DNA from: Gemmatimonadota bacterium
GTDB lineage: Bacteria > Gemmatimonadota > Gemmatimonadetes > Gemmatimonadales > GWC2-71-9
Assembly: GCA_036679605.1 (NCBI GenBank)
Contig: JAZDCZ010000254.1
Span: 1-64,000 of the forward strand
DNA length: 64,000 bases
Direction of reading: 5' to 3'
In this document: positions 20,112 through 31,386 of the stretch, in pieces
Layout of the letters: every line of letters begins with the position of its first letter
Numbering within the stretch: position 1 is the stretch's first letter
Notes under the pieces: generated by a model
The model's input: only the letters and a program-made list of their open reading frames with translations
Told to the model about the DNA's origin: nothing
Database searches by the model: none
Made by a program: the position numbers and the translations under genes

Positions 20112-22505
20112 CTACGCGGCCGGCGTCTTCCTGGTGTCAAGAAACTGTAGGAGAGCCGGCAATACGACGATCGCGGTGATGAACGTCGACGAAATACCTA
20201 TCACCGCTAGGTTGCCCAAGGAATTCAGGCCAGGGTGCCTCGCCAAGATCAGACCTGAGTATCCGACAATGGTCGTTAGAGTTGTCATAGATATTGCAAG
20301 ACCGGTATTCCTTAGAATGAACCGAAGTGAACCGGGGCCTTCCTCCAAATACCGATGATAAATATGCACGCCGTTGTCCACACCTATGCCGATGATGCTG
20401 GGAAGGACGACGATATTGAAGAAATTCAACTTCATACCGACAACGTACATCACACCTCCCATCCACAAGACACCAACTGCCAACGGCAGCAATACAAGCA
20501 ACGCGGCCTTAACGCTGCGGAAATCAATGAATACGATCAGGAATACCACGACGGCTGACAGGACCACGGCCAACTTGCCTTCGCGAATCATTATCAGAAG
20601 CATCTCCGCCGTGATGATGTTCGAGCTGGCAGCAAAGAACTCCTTCCCAGAACTAGTGGTAATCTTTCCGATGTCACTGCGGAATTCGATTGCATTACGA
20701 CCGTCCCTAAGTGGTACGCTCGGGTAGATGAATACAAAGTTGCCCACCTCTCCCCGCTTGTTGATGAATTGACGCTTGTCCTTTGCTGGGAACTCATCCC
20801 ATGTAAAGGGTTCATCGACCTGTAAATAGGCCTTCAATTCACCCAGTCGTCTCTTGTTTTCACCCTGGGCGACTCCCTCCGCCTCATCATCAACCAACCG
20901 GCGGATCTCCCTAATCTGCTCTAGCTTCTCTGCTTGATCATCAGGCACAAGCGATAGCACCGATCTGACGGTCTTGACGGTCGGAGATAGAGTGTCCTCC
21001 CTAATGATCCTCTTCACCTCCGCCATCACTTCCTGAGCTTCTTCCTTGGAGTCTGCCAGAACTAGCGCAGGCGACTCTGAGAGCTTGAATACTCCCGCTG
21101 TTTTCTCACTGACTAGTGCCCTCTCTTGAGTAATAGCCCTCAGGTTTGTAAAGTCGTATTCGAAATCAACTCGTGAAAAGTAGAACGCTGCGAGAAGCGT
21201 CACTGGTATGGCAGCAAGCAGAAGCGTCCTAGAGTAGCTGAGTGCTCGCCTTTCGACCACCATGCTCTTGCTTGGAACGGGTTGGATCTTCAGTAGGCCA
21301 AGTTTCTCCACCAAAACGATTAACGCTGGTAAGACCATGACCATGGCCACCAGAGCGAACAGCATGCCCACGCCCGCTATGAACCCCAAGTCCGAAAAAC
21401 CCTTGAAATCCATGATCGTGAGCGTGAAGAACGCAGCCGAGGTCGTAATTGCCGTCGTCGCAAGCGCCGACCCAGTGCCGCAAATGACTTTCTCCATCGC
21501 AGGTTCCGAATCGAGCCCGGCTTTGCGACTTTCTACATAGCGCGCAAACGTGTGGATGCCGTAGTCAATGCCCAGACCAAAGAGAATGACAAACATGAAA
21601 CCCGTGATCGTGTTCAGTTGACCGATCACCAGATAGGTCAGGCCGAAAGTCCAGCTCAACGAGAAGAGTAAACTGATCGTGATTAGGAGCGCTGCGAGGA
21701 TGCGGCGGAAATAAACAACGATCAACAGGAATACACCGCCCAATCCATAGAGAGCAGTGCCGAAGATGTCACTCTTCACGACCGCAAATTCATCTATCCG
21801 GTTCTGGAAATTGCCGCCATGATAGATTCTTAGGTTCGGATCGTATTGGTTCAAGTCCATCGAAGCAACGATCCTGTCTACCTCGGCAATCATATCGCGA
21901 ATAGACCCCATACTGGAGTTGGCTTGCGATGCGAAGATCTTCATGACGAGTATCGTACTGTCGCTGTTCGTGTAATACTCGTCTGGCTCCTGATCCTGAT
22001 ACTCGTCACCCCACTCCGCCAAGCCCTCGCCGTTATCCTCTACATCGCTCTCACCAAACAAGTCATCGACAAATAGAGGGTTGAGCTTCTGTTTCTCAGC
22101 ATCTATCGTGGTCTGTATCGCGTCTTTCAGCGAGTCCAGCCCTGCTGGAGTCAGAAACAGCAGAGCGTTCTTCTTGTAGAAAGCCACGTCGTTCCGGTAG
22201 TCCACGTAGTTGACGAACGAACTGGCCAGCAACTTCGGCTCCAGGTCCTGTTCCAGCCTTTGGACTGCCGCAAAATCGTCCGTTTCGAATATGAGCCGTA
22301 ACTGACCGATTCCGCCCACTTCTTCCTTCATCCGATTGAGTGCCTTGACACTCTCGAAGCTATCTGGCAACAACTCCGCCAAATCACTCTGCAAAGACAA
22401 TTTCAGGGCGAAATAACTACCTACAACTGTTGTGAGGACCGCCATGGCCAGAATTTGGCGGTAGTATTGGTGGACGAGATGACATTTGTTCGGGATGCGA
22501 ATCAT
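20112..22505 (-). CDS. MMPL/HpnN-like RND transporter
   Basis: Two 1+5 TM repeats with GLGIDYGIH and GIGVDNGVH; large periplasmic loops. Confidence 0.9.
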   Translation of the reverse strand: MIRIPNKCHLVHQYYRQILAMAVLTTVVGSYFALKLSLQSDLAELLPDSFESVKALNRMKEEVGGIGQLRLIFETDDFAAVQRLEQDLEPKLLASSFVNYVDYRNDVAFYKKNALLFLTPAGLDSLKDAIQTTIDAEKQKLNPLFVDDLFGESDVEDNGEGLAEWGDEYQDQEPDEYYTNSDSTILVMKIFASQANSSMGSIRDMIAEVDRIVASMDLNQYDPNLRIYHGGNFQNRIDEFAVVKSDIFGTALYGLGGVFLLIVVYFRRILAALLITISLLFSLSWTFGLTYLVIGQLNTITGFMFVILFGLGIDYGIHTFARYVESRKAGLDSEPAMEKVICGTGSALATTAITTSAAFFTLTIMDFKGFSDLGFIAGVGMLFALVAMVMVLPALIVLVEKLGLLKIQPVPSKSMVVERRALSYSRTLLLAAIPVTLLAAFYFSRVDFEYDFTNLRAITQERALVSEKTAGVFKLSESPALVLADSKEEAQEVMAEVKRIIREDTLSPTVKTVRSVLSLVPDDQAEKLEQIREIRRLVDDEAEGVAQGENKRRLGELKAYLQVDEPFTWDEFPAKDKRQFINKRGEVGNFVFIYPSVPLRDGRNAIEFRSDIGKITTSSGKEFFAASSNIITAEMLLIMIREGKLAVVLSAVVVFLIVFIDFRSVKAALLVLLPLAVGVLWMGGVMYVVGMKLNFFNIVVLPSIIGIGVDNGVHIYHRYLEEGPGSLRFILRNTGLAISMTTLTTIVGYSGLILARHPGLNSLGNLAVIGISSTFITAIVVLPALLQFLDTRKTPAA

Positions 22506-22566
22506 TTGGTGTCCTGATCCCCTCGATATGATAACGCGCCAGACGAGACGCGGCTTGGTCTAATGC

Positions 22567-23094
22567 CTAGCAACCATCGGCTTTCAGCCACTCGGATCTA
22601 TACAACTCGAAATGGGCAAACCGGTCTGTTGGTTCCCAGTTGCCGCCCGATGCCTCCGTATTCACGTGCGTCCCTACGAAACCAGACTTTTCGAGCACTC
22701 GCAGCGAGCGAGCGTTGATCGTCAAGCAACATGCCCGGACCTTCGATAACTTCAATTCACCGAACCCGAACTCCAACAGCAATCCTAGAGCGGCACTGGC
22801 ATATCCCCTGCCCCAATACGGCTTTCCCACCCAGTAGCCTGCCTCGGCCTCCCTCGGTGACCCCGTCACGTCCTTGAAACCACATGTTCCCACCAGGAGA
22901 TCTCCGTCCATCATCGCGAAGACAAACGTAGTACCGGCTCGCCGACCCTCCATCGCATCTCGTATGAAGCTCTGAGCACCGTCGGGAGGATACGGTGAGG
23001 GAAGTTGGGTCGTACTGAGAATGGCCGGGTCAGACGCCAACACCTGCACCTCCGCTGCATGTTCTGGCCGAATCTCCGCGATGCGGACACCCAC
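22567..23094 (-). CDS. RimJ/RimL-family GNAT N-acetyltransferase
   Basis: GYWVGKPYWGRGYA, N.RS.RVLEK.GF. Confidence 0.9.
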   Translation of the reverse strand: MGVRIAEIRPEHAAEVQVLASDPAILSTTQLPSPYPPDGAQSFIRDAMEGRRAGTTFVFAMMDGDLLVGTCGFKDVTGSPREAEAGYWVGKPYWGRGYASAALGLLLEFGFGELKLSKVRACCLTINARSLRVLEKSGFVGTHVNTEASGGNWEPTDRFAHFELYRSEWLKADGC

Positions 23095-23100
23095 TGTAGA

Positions 23101-23583
23101 TCAGCTTCTGGTAGCAGACTGAATAACAAGCGGTTCTACCGGGACATCCTGATGGCCCCCATTGCTCCCTGTCTTCACCTGGGCTATCTGGTCCACGACG
23201 TCCATTCCCTCGACCACCTTGGCGAACACGGCATATCCGAAATCACGTTCACTGTGATCCAAGAACTTATTGTCAGCGACGTTGATGAAGAACTGCGAGG
23301 TGGCACTGTTGATATCACTCGTACGAGCCATCGAGAGTGTGCCCCTTTCGTTTTTCAGCCCATTGTCGGCTTCATTCTTGATGGGATCGCGCGTTGGCTT
23401 CTCACTCATCTCATCAGTGAACCCACCGCCCTGAATCATGAATTTCGGAATGACACGATGGAAAATCGTGCCATCAAAAAAGCCTGCATCGACGTATTCC
23501 AAAAAATTAGCGACGGTCACCGGAGCCTGATCCTCAAACAGCTCTACACTGACCACTCCAGCACTCGTCTCAAGGATTACCAT
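23101..23583 (-). CDS. ppiB: Cyclophilin-type peptidyl-prolyl cis-trans isomerase
   Basis: [36 protein letters not shown]. Confidence 0.93.
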   Translation of the reverse strand: MVILETSAGVVSVELFEDQAPVTVANFLEYVDAGFFDGTIFHRVIPKFMIQGGGFTDEMSEKPTRDPIKNEADNGLKNERGTLSMARTSDINSATSQFFINVADNKFLDHSERDFGYAVFAKVVEGMDVVDQIAQVKTGSNGGHQDVPVEPLVIQSATRS

Positions 23584-23612
23584 CTACCGCTCCTTTACAG
23601 TTAGGATTGAAC

Positions 23613-24266
23613 TCACCCAACTTCGTTGCGTTTTCTCAAACACCACGTCGTCATGCAACGCTGATTCTGCACATTCACCGTCTTGATCGGTTCGAGCAGC
23701 GCCCCGCGCAGCTCGTGCGTCCATCGTACCAGCATTCCCTCGTCAACGAGAAACCGCTCGCTGCCATCGGGCAATCGGTAGCGGCGGCCCCCAAGCGAAG
23801 TCACCCGATCTTCGATCCCGATCGTCGACGCCAATCTAGAAAAAAAGATGCCGTCCGGACTGAGCACCCGCCACAGTTCCAAGAGCATAGCTCGGAAGGC
23901 GGACTCGTTGGCGGCGAAATGTAACACTGCATTGCTTATGATCACATCGAACTGCTCATCGGAAAACGAGAGGCTGTCTAGAGTCTCAACTCTGAAGTTG
24001 GATGCAGGGAGTCCAGGCGCGAGATTGGCCGCCATCGAGCGAACGTCTTCGATCGCCTGCGTTGAACTATCCACCGCGCAAACGTCGCATCCTATTCGAA
24101 GCAGATACACGAGGTTGCGTCCGCCGCCGCAACCGGCGTCCAGCACCGTATCGGACTCGGAAATCCTCCCCTTGAAAATCTGGTCAAAGAGATAAATGTC
24201 GATATCACCGAACAGCTCGCCAAGTTCCCGGGGCGACGGAATTCGATGTTCAGATTTCGGTGGCAC
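23613..24266 (-). CDS. Class I SAM-dependent methyltransferase
   Basis: VLDAGCGGGRN, FDVIISNAVLHF. Confidence 0.9.
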   Translation of the reverse strand: MPPKSEHRIPSPRELGELFGDIDIYLFDQIFKGRISESDTVLDAGCGGGRNLVYLLRIGCDVCAVDSSTQAIEDVRSMAANLAPGLPASNFRVETLDSLSFSDEQFDVIISNAVLHFAANESAFRAMLLELWRVLSPDGIFFSRLASTIGIEDRVTSLGGRRYRLPDGSERFLVDEGMLVRWTHELRGALLEPIKTVNVQNQRCMTTWCLRKRNEVG

Positions 24267-24295
24267 TATCGCAAAAAGCCCGTAAATTGCTCGCC

Positions 24296-25357
24296 ATGAT
24301 TAGTTCGAACTTGCCTCCAGCGGCCGAGATGTACAAGGCACTTAGCAACCGGGACAGCGGATACGATGGGATCTTCTTCACGGCGGTGCGCACAACGGGA
24401 ATCTTCTGCCGGCCCACGTGTCCCGCCAAGAAGCCGCAATTCGAGAACGTGGAGTTCTTCGGAACCGTAGGCGAGGCGCTCTCCGCAGGATACCGGCCGT
24501 GCAAGCGGTGCCGACCGATCGAGCCCAGTGGCTCTACCCCGGAGTGGCTGCACCAGCTCCTGGCCGATATCGAACGTGATCCCGCGCAACGAAGGACCGA
24601 CTCAGATTTGCGCGCCATGTCGCTGGATCCAGCGCGGGTGCGACGCTGGTTCAGGACCAACCATGGAATGACCTTTCATGCCTACCAGCGCGCACGCCGA
24701 CTCGCTCTTGCGTTGGGCCAAATCCGCCATGGCGACGACGTCCCGCGCGCGGCCTACGACCACGGATACGAGTCCCTGAGCGGATTCCAGGACGCTTTTC
24801 GACAGTTCATCGGCGTGACCCCGGGAAGAAGCCATGCAACAAGGTCAGCCGTCATGACACGACTTCTCACCCCGCTCGGCCCGATGGTAACCTGCGCCAC
24901 AGATAAGGGAGTGTGTCTCCTCGAGTTCGCCGACCGCCGAATGCTCAAGACGCAAGTAGAACGCATACAGAAACAACTGGATCTGGTGATAGCGCCTGGA
25001 AGCAACGAGCATATCGCACAACTAGACTCCGAGCTAGGTCGGTACTTTGCCGGCAACCTCATGGAATTCGAGGTCCCCGTAGTCGTACCCGGCACAGAGT
25101 TCCAGCTCGCCGTGTGGGACAGTCTGAGACGCATCCCCTATGGCAAAACCAGCACCTACGAGCGGCTCGCGCTCGATATCGGCAGACCACATGCCCAACG
25201 TGCGGTAGGCCGCGCAAACGGCGACAACCGCCTAGCCATCATTATCCCCTGCCACCGGGTGATCAGGTCGGATGGAGCACTCTCCGGATACGGCGGCGGG
25301 CGCTGGCGCAAGCAGGCGCTCTTGGACCATGAGCGCTCGCACGCGCGGCGTTCGTGA
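24296..25357 (+). CDS. ada: Bifunctional Ada regulator / methylated-DNA-protein-cysteine methyltransferase
   Basis: TTGIFCRPTC...GYRPCKRC zinc site, AraC HTH, PCHRV. Confidence 0.95.
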   Translation: MISSNLPPAAEMYKALSNRDSGYDGIFFTAVRTTGIFCRPTCPAKKPQFENVEFFGTVGEALSAGYRPCKRCRPIEPSGSTPEWLHQLLADIERDPAQRRTDSDLRAMSLDPARVRRWFRTNHGMTFHAYQRARRLALALGQIRHGDDVPRAAYDHGYESLSGFQDAFRQFIGVTPGRSHATRSAVMTRLLTPLGPMVTCATDKGVCLLEFADRRMLKTQVERIQKQLDLVIAPGSNEHIAQLDSELGRYFAGNLMEFEVPVVVPGTEFQLAVWDSLRRIPYGKTSTYERLALDIGRPHAQRAVGRANGDNRLAIIIPCHRVIRSDGALSGYGGGRWRKQALLDHERSHARRS

Positions 25358-25412
25358 CGATAAACCGACCCGATAGATGGAACACTCTCAACACCATCCC
25401 AGGAGGTGATTC

Positions 25413-25874
25413 ATGAGCCCACAAACGTTTGCTGTACGATCTTCCACAACGAACCTCACCGTGACGGTAGATGGAGGTGCTGTAACCCGGATCCGCTTCG
25501 GGAAGTACTCACGCCGCAGACCCACAAACACTCTCGAGCGCACGGTTGCACGAGAACTCGGCGATTACTTGTCCGGCAAGCGAAGGAAGTTCACGTTCCG
25601 GATACGGCCCGCGGGAAGCGAATTCGAGAGACGTGTTTGGAAGGAACTCACTCGCATACCTTTTGGAAGAACAAAGACCTACGGGGAAGTAGCGCGTGCC
25701 ATTGGAAACCCCAAGGCGGCACGAGCTGTGGGAGGCGCTAACGGACGCAACCCAATTCCCATAGTGGTTCCGTGTCACCGCGTGGTGGCGGCAGGAGGGA
25801 AGTTAGGTGGTTTTGGGGGCGGGCTGTCGCTAAAGAAAAAACTACTGAATCTAGAGACGACAGCCCTGGCCTAG
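25413..25874 (+). CDS. ogt: Methylated-DNA-protein-cysteine S-methyltransferase
   Basis: IPFG.T.TYG, RAVGGANG.NP.PIVVPCHRV. Confidence 0.93.
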   Translation: MSPQTFAVRSSTTNLTVTVDGGAVTRIRFGKYSRRRPTNTLERTVARELGDYLSGKRRKFTFRIRPAGSEFERRVWKELTRIPFGRTKTYGEVARAIGNPKAARAVGGANGRNPIPIVVPCHRVVAAGGKLGGFGGGLSLKKKLLNLETTALA

Positions 25875-26200
25875 CTTTTCGATGCTCCCGATATGACGTC
25901 GCGAGACCAGGCGTAGACAGCGACCGTGGACGGCATACCTAGCGTCCCGGCGGTCAAAGCCACCACCTGTTCGATCTCCTCGGGCGTGATGCCCATTCCC
26001 AGAGCCTTGCGCACTCCTGCGTGGACCGCGCCCTCGCGTAGCGCCCCCATTGCGACTCCCAACTTCACTAGCCGGGCGGTCCTCTCGTCCAACGGACCCT
26101 TACGACCTGCTTCCGCAATCGACTCCCAAGCCTTGCCGAGATCGGGAAAACGCTTGACGAACTCGCCATGCAACTTGGGTGGCTTCGGTTCTGTGGGCAT
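25871..26200 (-). CDS. Carboxymuconolactone decarboxylase (CMD/AhpD-like) protein, no CxxC
   Basis: GPLDERTARLVKLG...EGAVH...RKAL..G...EEI; GAGG SD before ATG 26200. Confidence 0.85.
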   Translation of the reverse strand: MPTEPKPPKLHGEFVKRFPDLGKAWESIAEAGRKGPLDERTARLVKLGVAMGALREGAVHAGVRKALGMGITPEEIEQVVALTAGTLGMPSTVAVYAWSRDVISGASKS

Positions 26201-26282
26201 CACGTTCCTCTTTTTGAGGTTCGTTCCGGTGCTTTCCGTTTCGTCAATAGGATAAACTCCTTCACCCTCTTTCGTTAGGTCG

Positions 26283-27320
26283 CTAGAACGTGACGAAGAA
26301 CGTAGTCCTGAGCATGACCTCCGAATCGGGTTTGGTGGCTCCCTGCGCACCGTGATAGAACACAGCTTCCACATTCGGAATCAGATGAAACTCGTCGGCC
26401 AATGTCACGTCGATGCCTGCCAGAAGCAGGTTGGAATTCGCGGTGGGGTTCAGCGGTACGTAGGCTATCTTGGCCGCGTCCGGGTTCGCTTCGAACATGC
26501 GATCGTACCGGGCAAGAAAAACTGCACGCTCGCTTAATTGAACCGATCCGAAGAACGAGACAATATCCAAGTCGAGCGCTGCCGACCCTTCTATTTTGCG
26601 GTGTTGTCGGGCGACTTGTGCACCCAATTTCGCGCGATCACCTTGCCAGGCACCGAACAGTTGTACAACTGTTCGATCGTTGTCTCCCGGCCGCCCCTCA
26701 TAATCACCGTACGCCTCGATCACAAAGCCGCTGCCTGGATACAGCGCTAGTCCCAACGCTCCTTTCTTGCCTGTGTCGGTCTCGCCTTTGGTACCAGAGC
26801 CGTTGCCCACCATCGCGTGATACCGCACTTTCCCACCGGAATCGAGCCGCCCCTTGGCGGCCACACCGAAATCCTGGGAAGATCCCATCTTCTGAAGATC
26901 CAACGGGGTCTTCTCTACGTACCGGTAACCCCAAACTTTTTCGACCACACCCCAGATCGGCGTGCCGGAGATGCCGAGAAACACCTGATGGTCTTTCTCT
27001 GTCCACCGCAGGTATAGATCTTTCACGAAGGGTTCGAGTTTGCTAGAACTCGTGAAATCGCCCGGTGAGTTCGCTTCGAACCGGACGCGAAAGGAGAGTT
27101 CCTCGTTAATGTTGTGGTCCATGGTCAGATACGTGCGGCGCAGCCAGAATCCGTTCTCCGCTGTCAGTGCCGGATTGTCATTGGTCGGCAGCCAGTATGC
27201 GTCGCCGAATGCCAGGACGCTAAACTTGGTACGTTTCAGCCAGTCGGACATCTCCTGCGCCTCAGCCATGGGGACGAAGATCACCGCCAGCAGCAGAGTT
27301 ATGCATAGTTTTCTTAACAT
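26283..27320 (-). CDS. Outer-membrane porin-like beta-barrel protein
   Basis: Signal peptide; F.LRR.YL, alternating beta-strand pattern, C-terminal Phe. Confidence 0.75.
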   Translation of the reverse strand: MLRKLCITLLLAVIFVPMAEAQEMSDWLKRTKFSVLAFGDAYWLPTNDNPALTAENGFWLRRTYLTMDHNINEELSFRVRFEANSPGDFTSSSKLEPFVKDLYLRWTEKDHQVFLGISGTPIWGVVEKVWGYRYVEKTPLDLQKMGSSQDFGVAAKGRLDSGGKVRYHAMVGNGSGTKGETDTGKKGALGLALYPGSGFVIEAYGDYEGRPGDNDRTVVQLFGAWQGDRAKLGAQVARQHRKIEGSAALDLDIVSFFGSVQLSERAVFLARYDRMFEANPDAAKIAYVPLNPTANSNLLLAGIDVTLADEFHLIPNVEAVFYHGAQGATKPDSEVMLRTTFFVTF

Positions 27321-27586
27321 TGCTGGCCTCCTTCCGAAGCCTCCTCTGCAGTTTCAACCGGAGTGCGATTCGCTTTCGCCTAGCTCGCCCACCGGCGGTG
27401 CTCGACCGGATTGTTTGAGCGCCAGACGAAGCTACGCAATCCTATGGCACTAAACCACCGGCGCTACAGAATAGGCGCACGACCGAGAGCTGTTAGATCG
27501 ATCGGCCGGGCAATACCCGAGGAGCCGGCCGTCACGACTGTGATGAAACGTTGAATCCTTTTTCATGTGGCCGTGTACCGTGGCAT

Positions 27587-27615
27587 TTGACCTCGCGAGA
27601 CAAGCGATCTAGGAT
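27587..27615 (+). promoter_or_regulatory. sigma70-like promoter of recF operon (TTGACC-N17-TAGGAT)
   Basis: Hexamers with a 17 bp spacer. Confidence 0.6.
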
Positions 27616-27665
27616 GATCGGATGATGAGAGACATCGGCGCACTCCAGTGCAACGGGATGTCATT

Positions 27666-28736
27666 TTGCACCTGACTCAACTCACCGTCCGCAACTTCCG
27701 GAACCTGGCGGCGCTAGACGTCGAGATTCCGGAGACCGGTGTCGTCGTAATCGGTGAGAACGGCCATGGGAAAACAAATTTTCTCGAGGCCATTTACTAT
27801 CTGGTACTGTTTCGTTCACTGAGGGGAGCCAAGGATCGAGACTTGGTTCGGTTTGGAGAGGCCGGTTTCTTCGTGGCCGGCACAGCGGAACAGCGCATAA
27901 CCGTCGGCTACGAAGTGGCCGGCAGGCGCAAGAAGGTGACTGCGGGAGGGTCAGAAATCCGAAAGCTGGCCGACGGAGTCGGCCTCATCACCGCGGTTGC
28001 GTTTTCCCCAGCCGACCGATCTATCGTAGATGGCGGGCCCGCCAGCCGCAGAAGATACTTGGACGTGCTCCTGTGCTTGTCCTCCAACAGCTATCTGAAG
28101 CATCTCACTGCGATGCGAGCCGCCATGAAACAGCGAAACGCAGCTCTCAAGAGAGGCCGCCCCGAAGAGGCTCGAGTGTTCAACCGGCCGTTCGTAGCTG
28201 CGGCTGCCGAGGTCGCGGCAGCTCGTCATGAGTGGACGCTCGAGTGGCAGCCAATCTTCCTCGAGCTACTCGACGCTCTGGGCGAGAGGGGAGAGCCCAG
28301 TCTGACATACCACTCGCGTCATTGGACTCCGGTAGAAGGCGCGGCCGCTGTTGAGCGATGCCTAGAAGAACGATTTGAACGCGACATCAGAAAAGGGACG
28401 ACCACAGTTGGCCCTCACCGGGACGACATGGTCCTGACATTGGCGGGGAGAGAGCTGCGACGCTACGGCTCTGCGGGCCAGCAACGCACGGCAGCAATCG
28501 CTTTACGGCTGCTCGAAGCCCGCGCGTTGGCCGCCACCCACAGCTCGGCACCGATTGCCCTGCTTGACGACGTCTTCGCCGAACTCGATCAGAACCGGCA
28601 GGAACGGTTACTGTCACTCATCAACGAATCGTTCCCAGGGCAGGTGATTATCACTGCACCCCGCGACGGCGAGGTTCCGAAGGTATTATTCGAACGGCCG
28701 CGCTGGACCATGAACGGAGGACGGATTGACCAATAG
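27666..28736 (+). CDS. recF: DNA replication/repair protein RecF
   Basis: L..RNFRN, GENGHGKTN.LEAI, GPHRDD, SAGQQR, LLDDV..ELD; probable TTG start at 27666 (ORF track gives GTG 27648). Confidence 0.96.
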   Translation: MHLTQLTVRNFRNLAALDVEIPETGVVVIGENGHGKTNFLEAIYYLVLFRSLRGAKDRDLVRFGEAGFFVAGTAEQRITVGYEVAGRRKKVTAGGSEIRKLADGVGLITAVAFSPADRSIVDGGPASRRRYLDVLLCLSSNSYLKHLTAMRAAMKQRNAALKRGRPEEARVFNRPFVAAAAEVAAARHEWTLEWQPIFLELLDALGERGEPSLTYHSRHWTPVEGAAAVERCLEERFERDIRKGTTTVGPHRDDMVLTLAGRELRRYGSAGQQRTAAIALRLLEARALAATHSSAPIALLDDVFAELDQNRQERLLSLINESFPGQVIITAPRDGEVPKVLFERPRWTMNGGRIDQ

Positions 28737-29019
28737 GCCGGACCTGACAGTAGGCAAGGCGCTCGAAGACTACTTCGCAGGACACGGAATCAAGCGCCGC
28801 ATACAACAGGCCAGCGTGGTCACAGAATGGGCTGCACTCGTGGGACCCAAGATCGCCGAAGTCACAACGCCCCATGAGGTCCGACCGGATGGGACCTTGG
28901 TAGTGAGCGTGAGATCCGCGTCATGGATGCAGGAGTTGCAGTTGATGTCACCCGTCATACTGAAACAGTTGGGACGCCGCGGAAAGAAGATCAAGCGAAT
29001 TAGGTGGCGTGCCAACTGA
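28726..29019 (+). CDS. DUF721 / DciA-like protein
   Basis: W..LVG..IA....P.....G.L.V...SASW.QEL; classic position between recF and gyrB. Confidence 0.85.
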   Translation: MTNRPDLTVGKALEDYFAGHGIKRRIQQASVVTEWAALVGPKIAEVTTPHEVRPDGTLVVSVRSASWMQELQLMSPVILKQLGRRGKKIKRIRWRAN

Positions 29020-29044
29020 GAGCCCTGCAGCCCAGCAGTCCTAA

Positions 29045-31102
<2,058 letters not shown>

Positions 31103-31332
31103 GGCGCTGGAGCTATCTCAGTTAGTGGCATGCTGCGTGGCAGTCCAAACCTTGGTTACCGTCCACCGGCTCCCGCACCGTCCTGGGTCAGCCTATATTA
31201 GAATTGCACACGCTTAGCAGCCGCAGGTAGTGACCGAAGGTCCACCATCTCATCGGATTTCCATCTCCGTTCCCTGTATTGGTTCGACCACTTGAGATAG
31301 CCTGTGGATGTGATGCGTGCCGTTTCTACCCA

Positions 31333-31360
31333 TTGACCTGACACCCAACACCCGTATCAT
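31333..31360 (+). promoter_or_regulatory. sigma70-like promoter (TTGACC-N16-TATCAT)
   Basis: Lies upstream of the acyl-CoA ligase gene. Confidence 0.5.
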
Positions 31361-31386
31361 ACCTCGTCCAACATCGAAATACTCTA

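Noticed and set aside
27330..27460. Structured leader upstream of the porin gene
   Set aside because: Some pairing is possible in GC-rich sequence but no family signature is present.
27321..27647. oriC upstream of recF
   Set aside because: No TTATCCACA-type boxes or AT-rich unwinding element seen.
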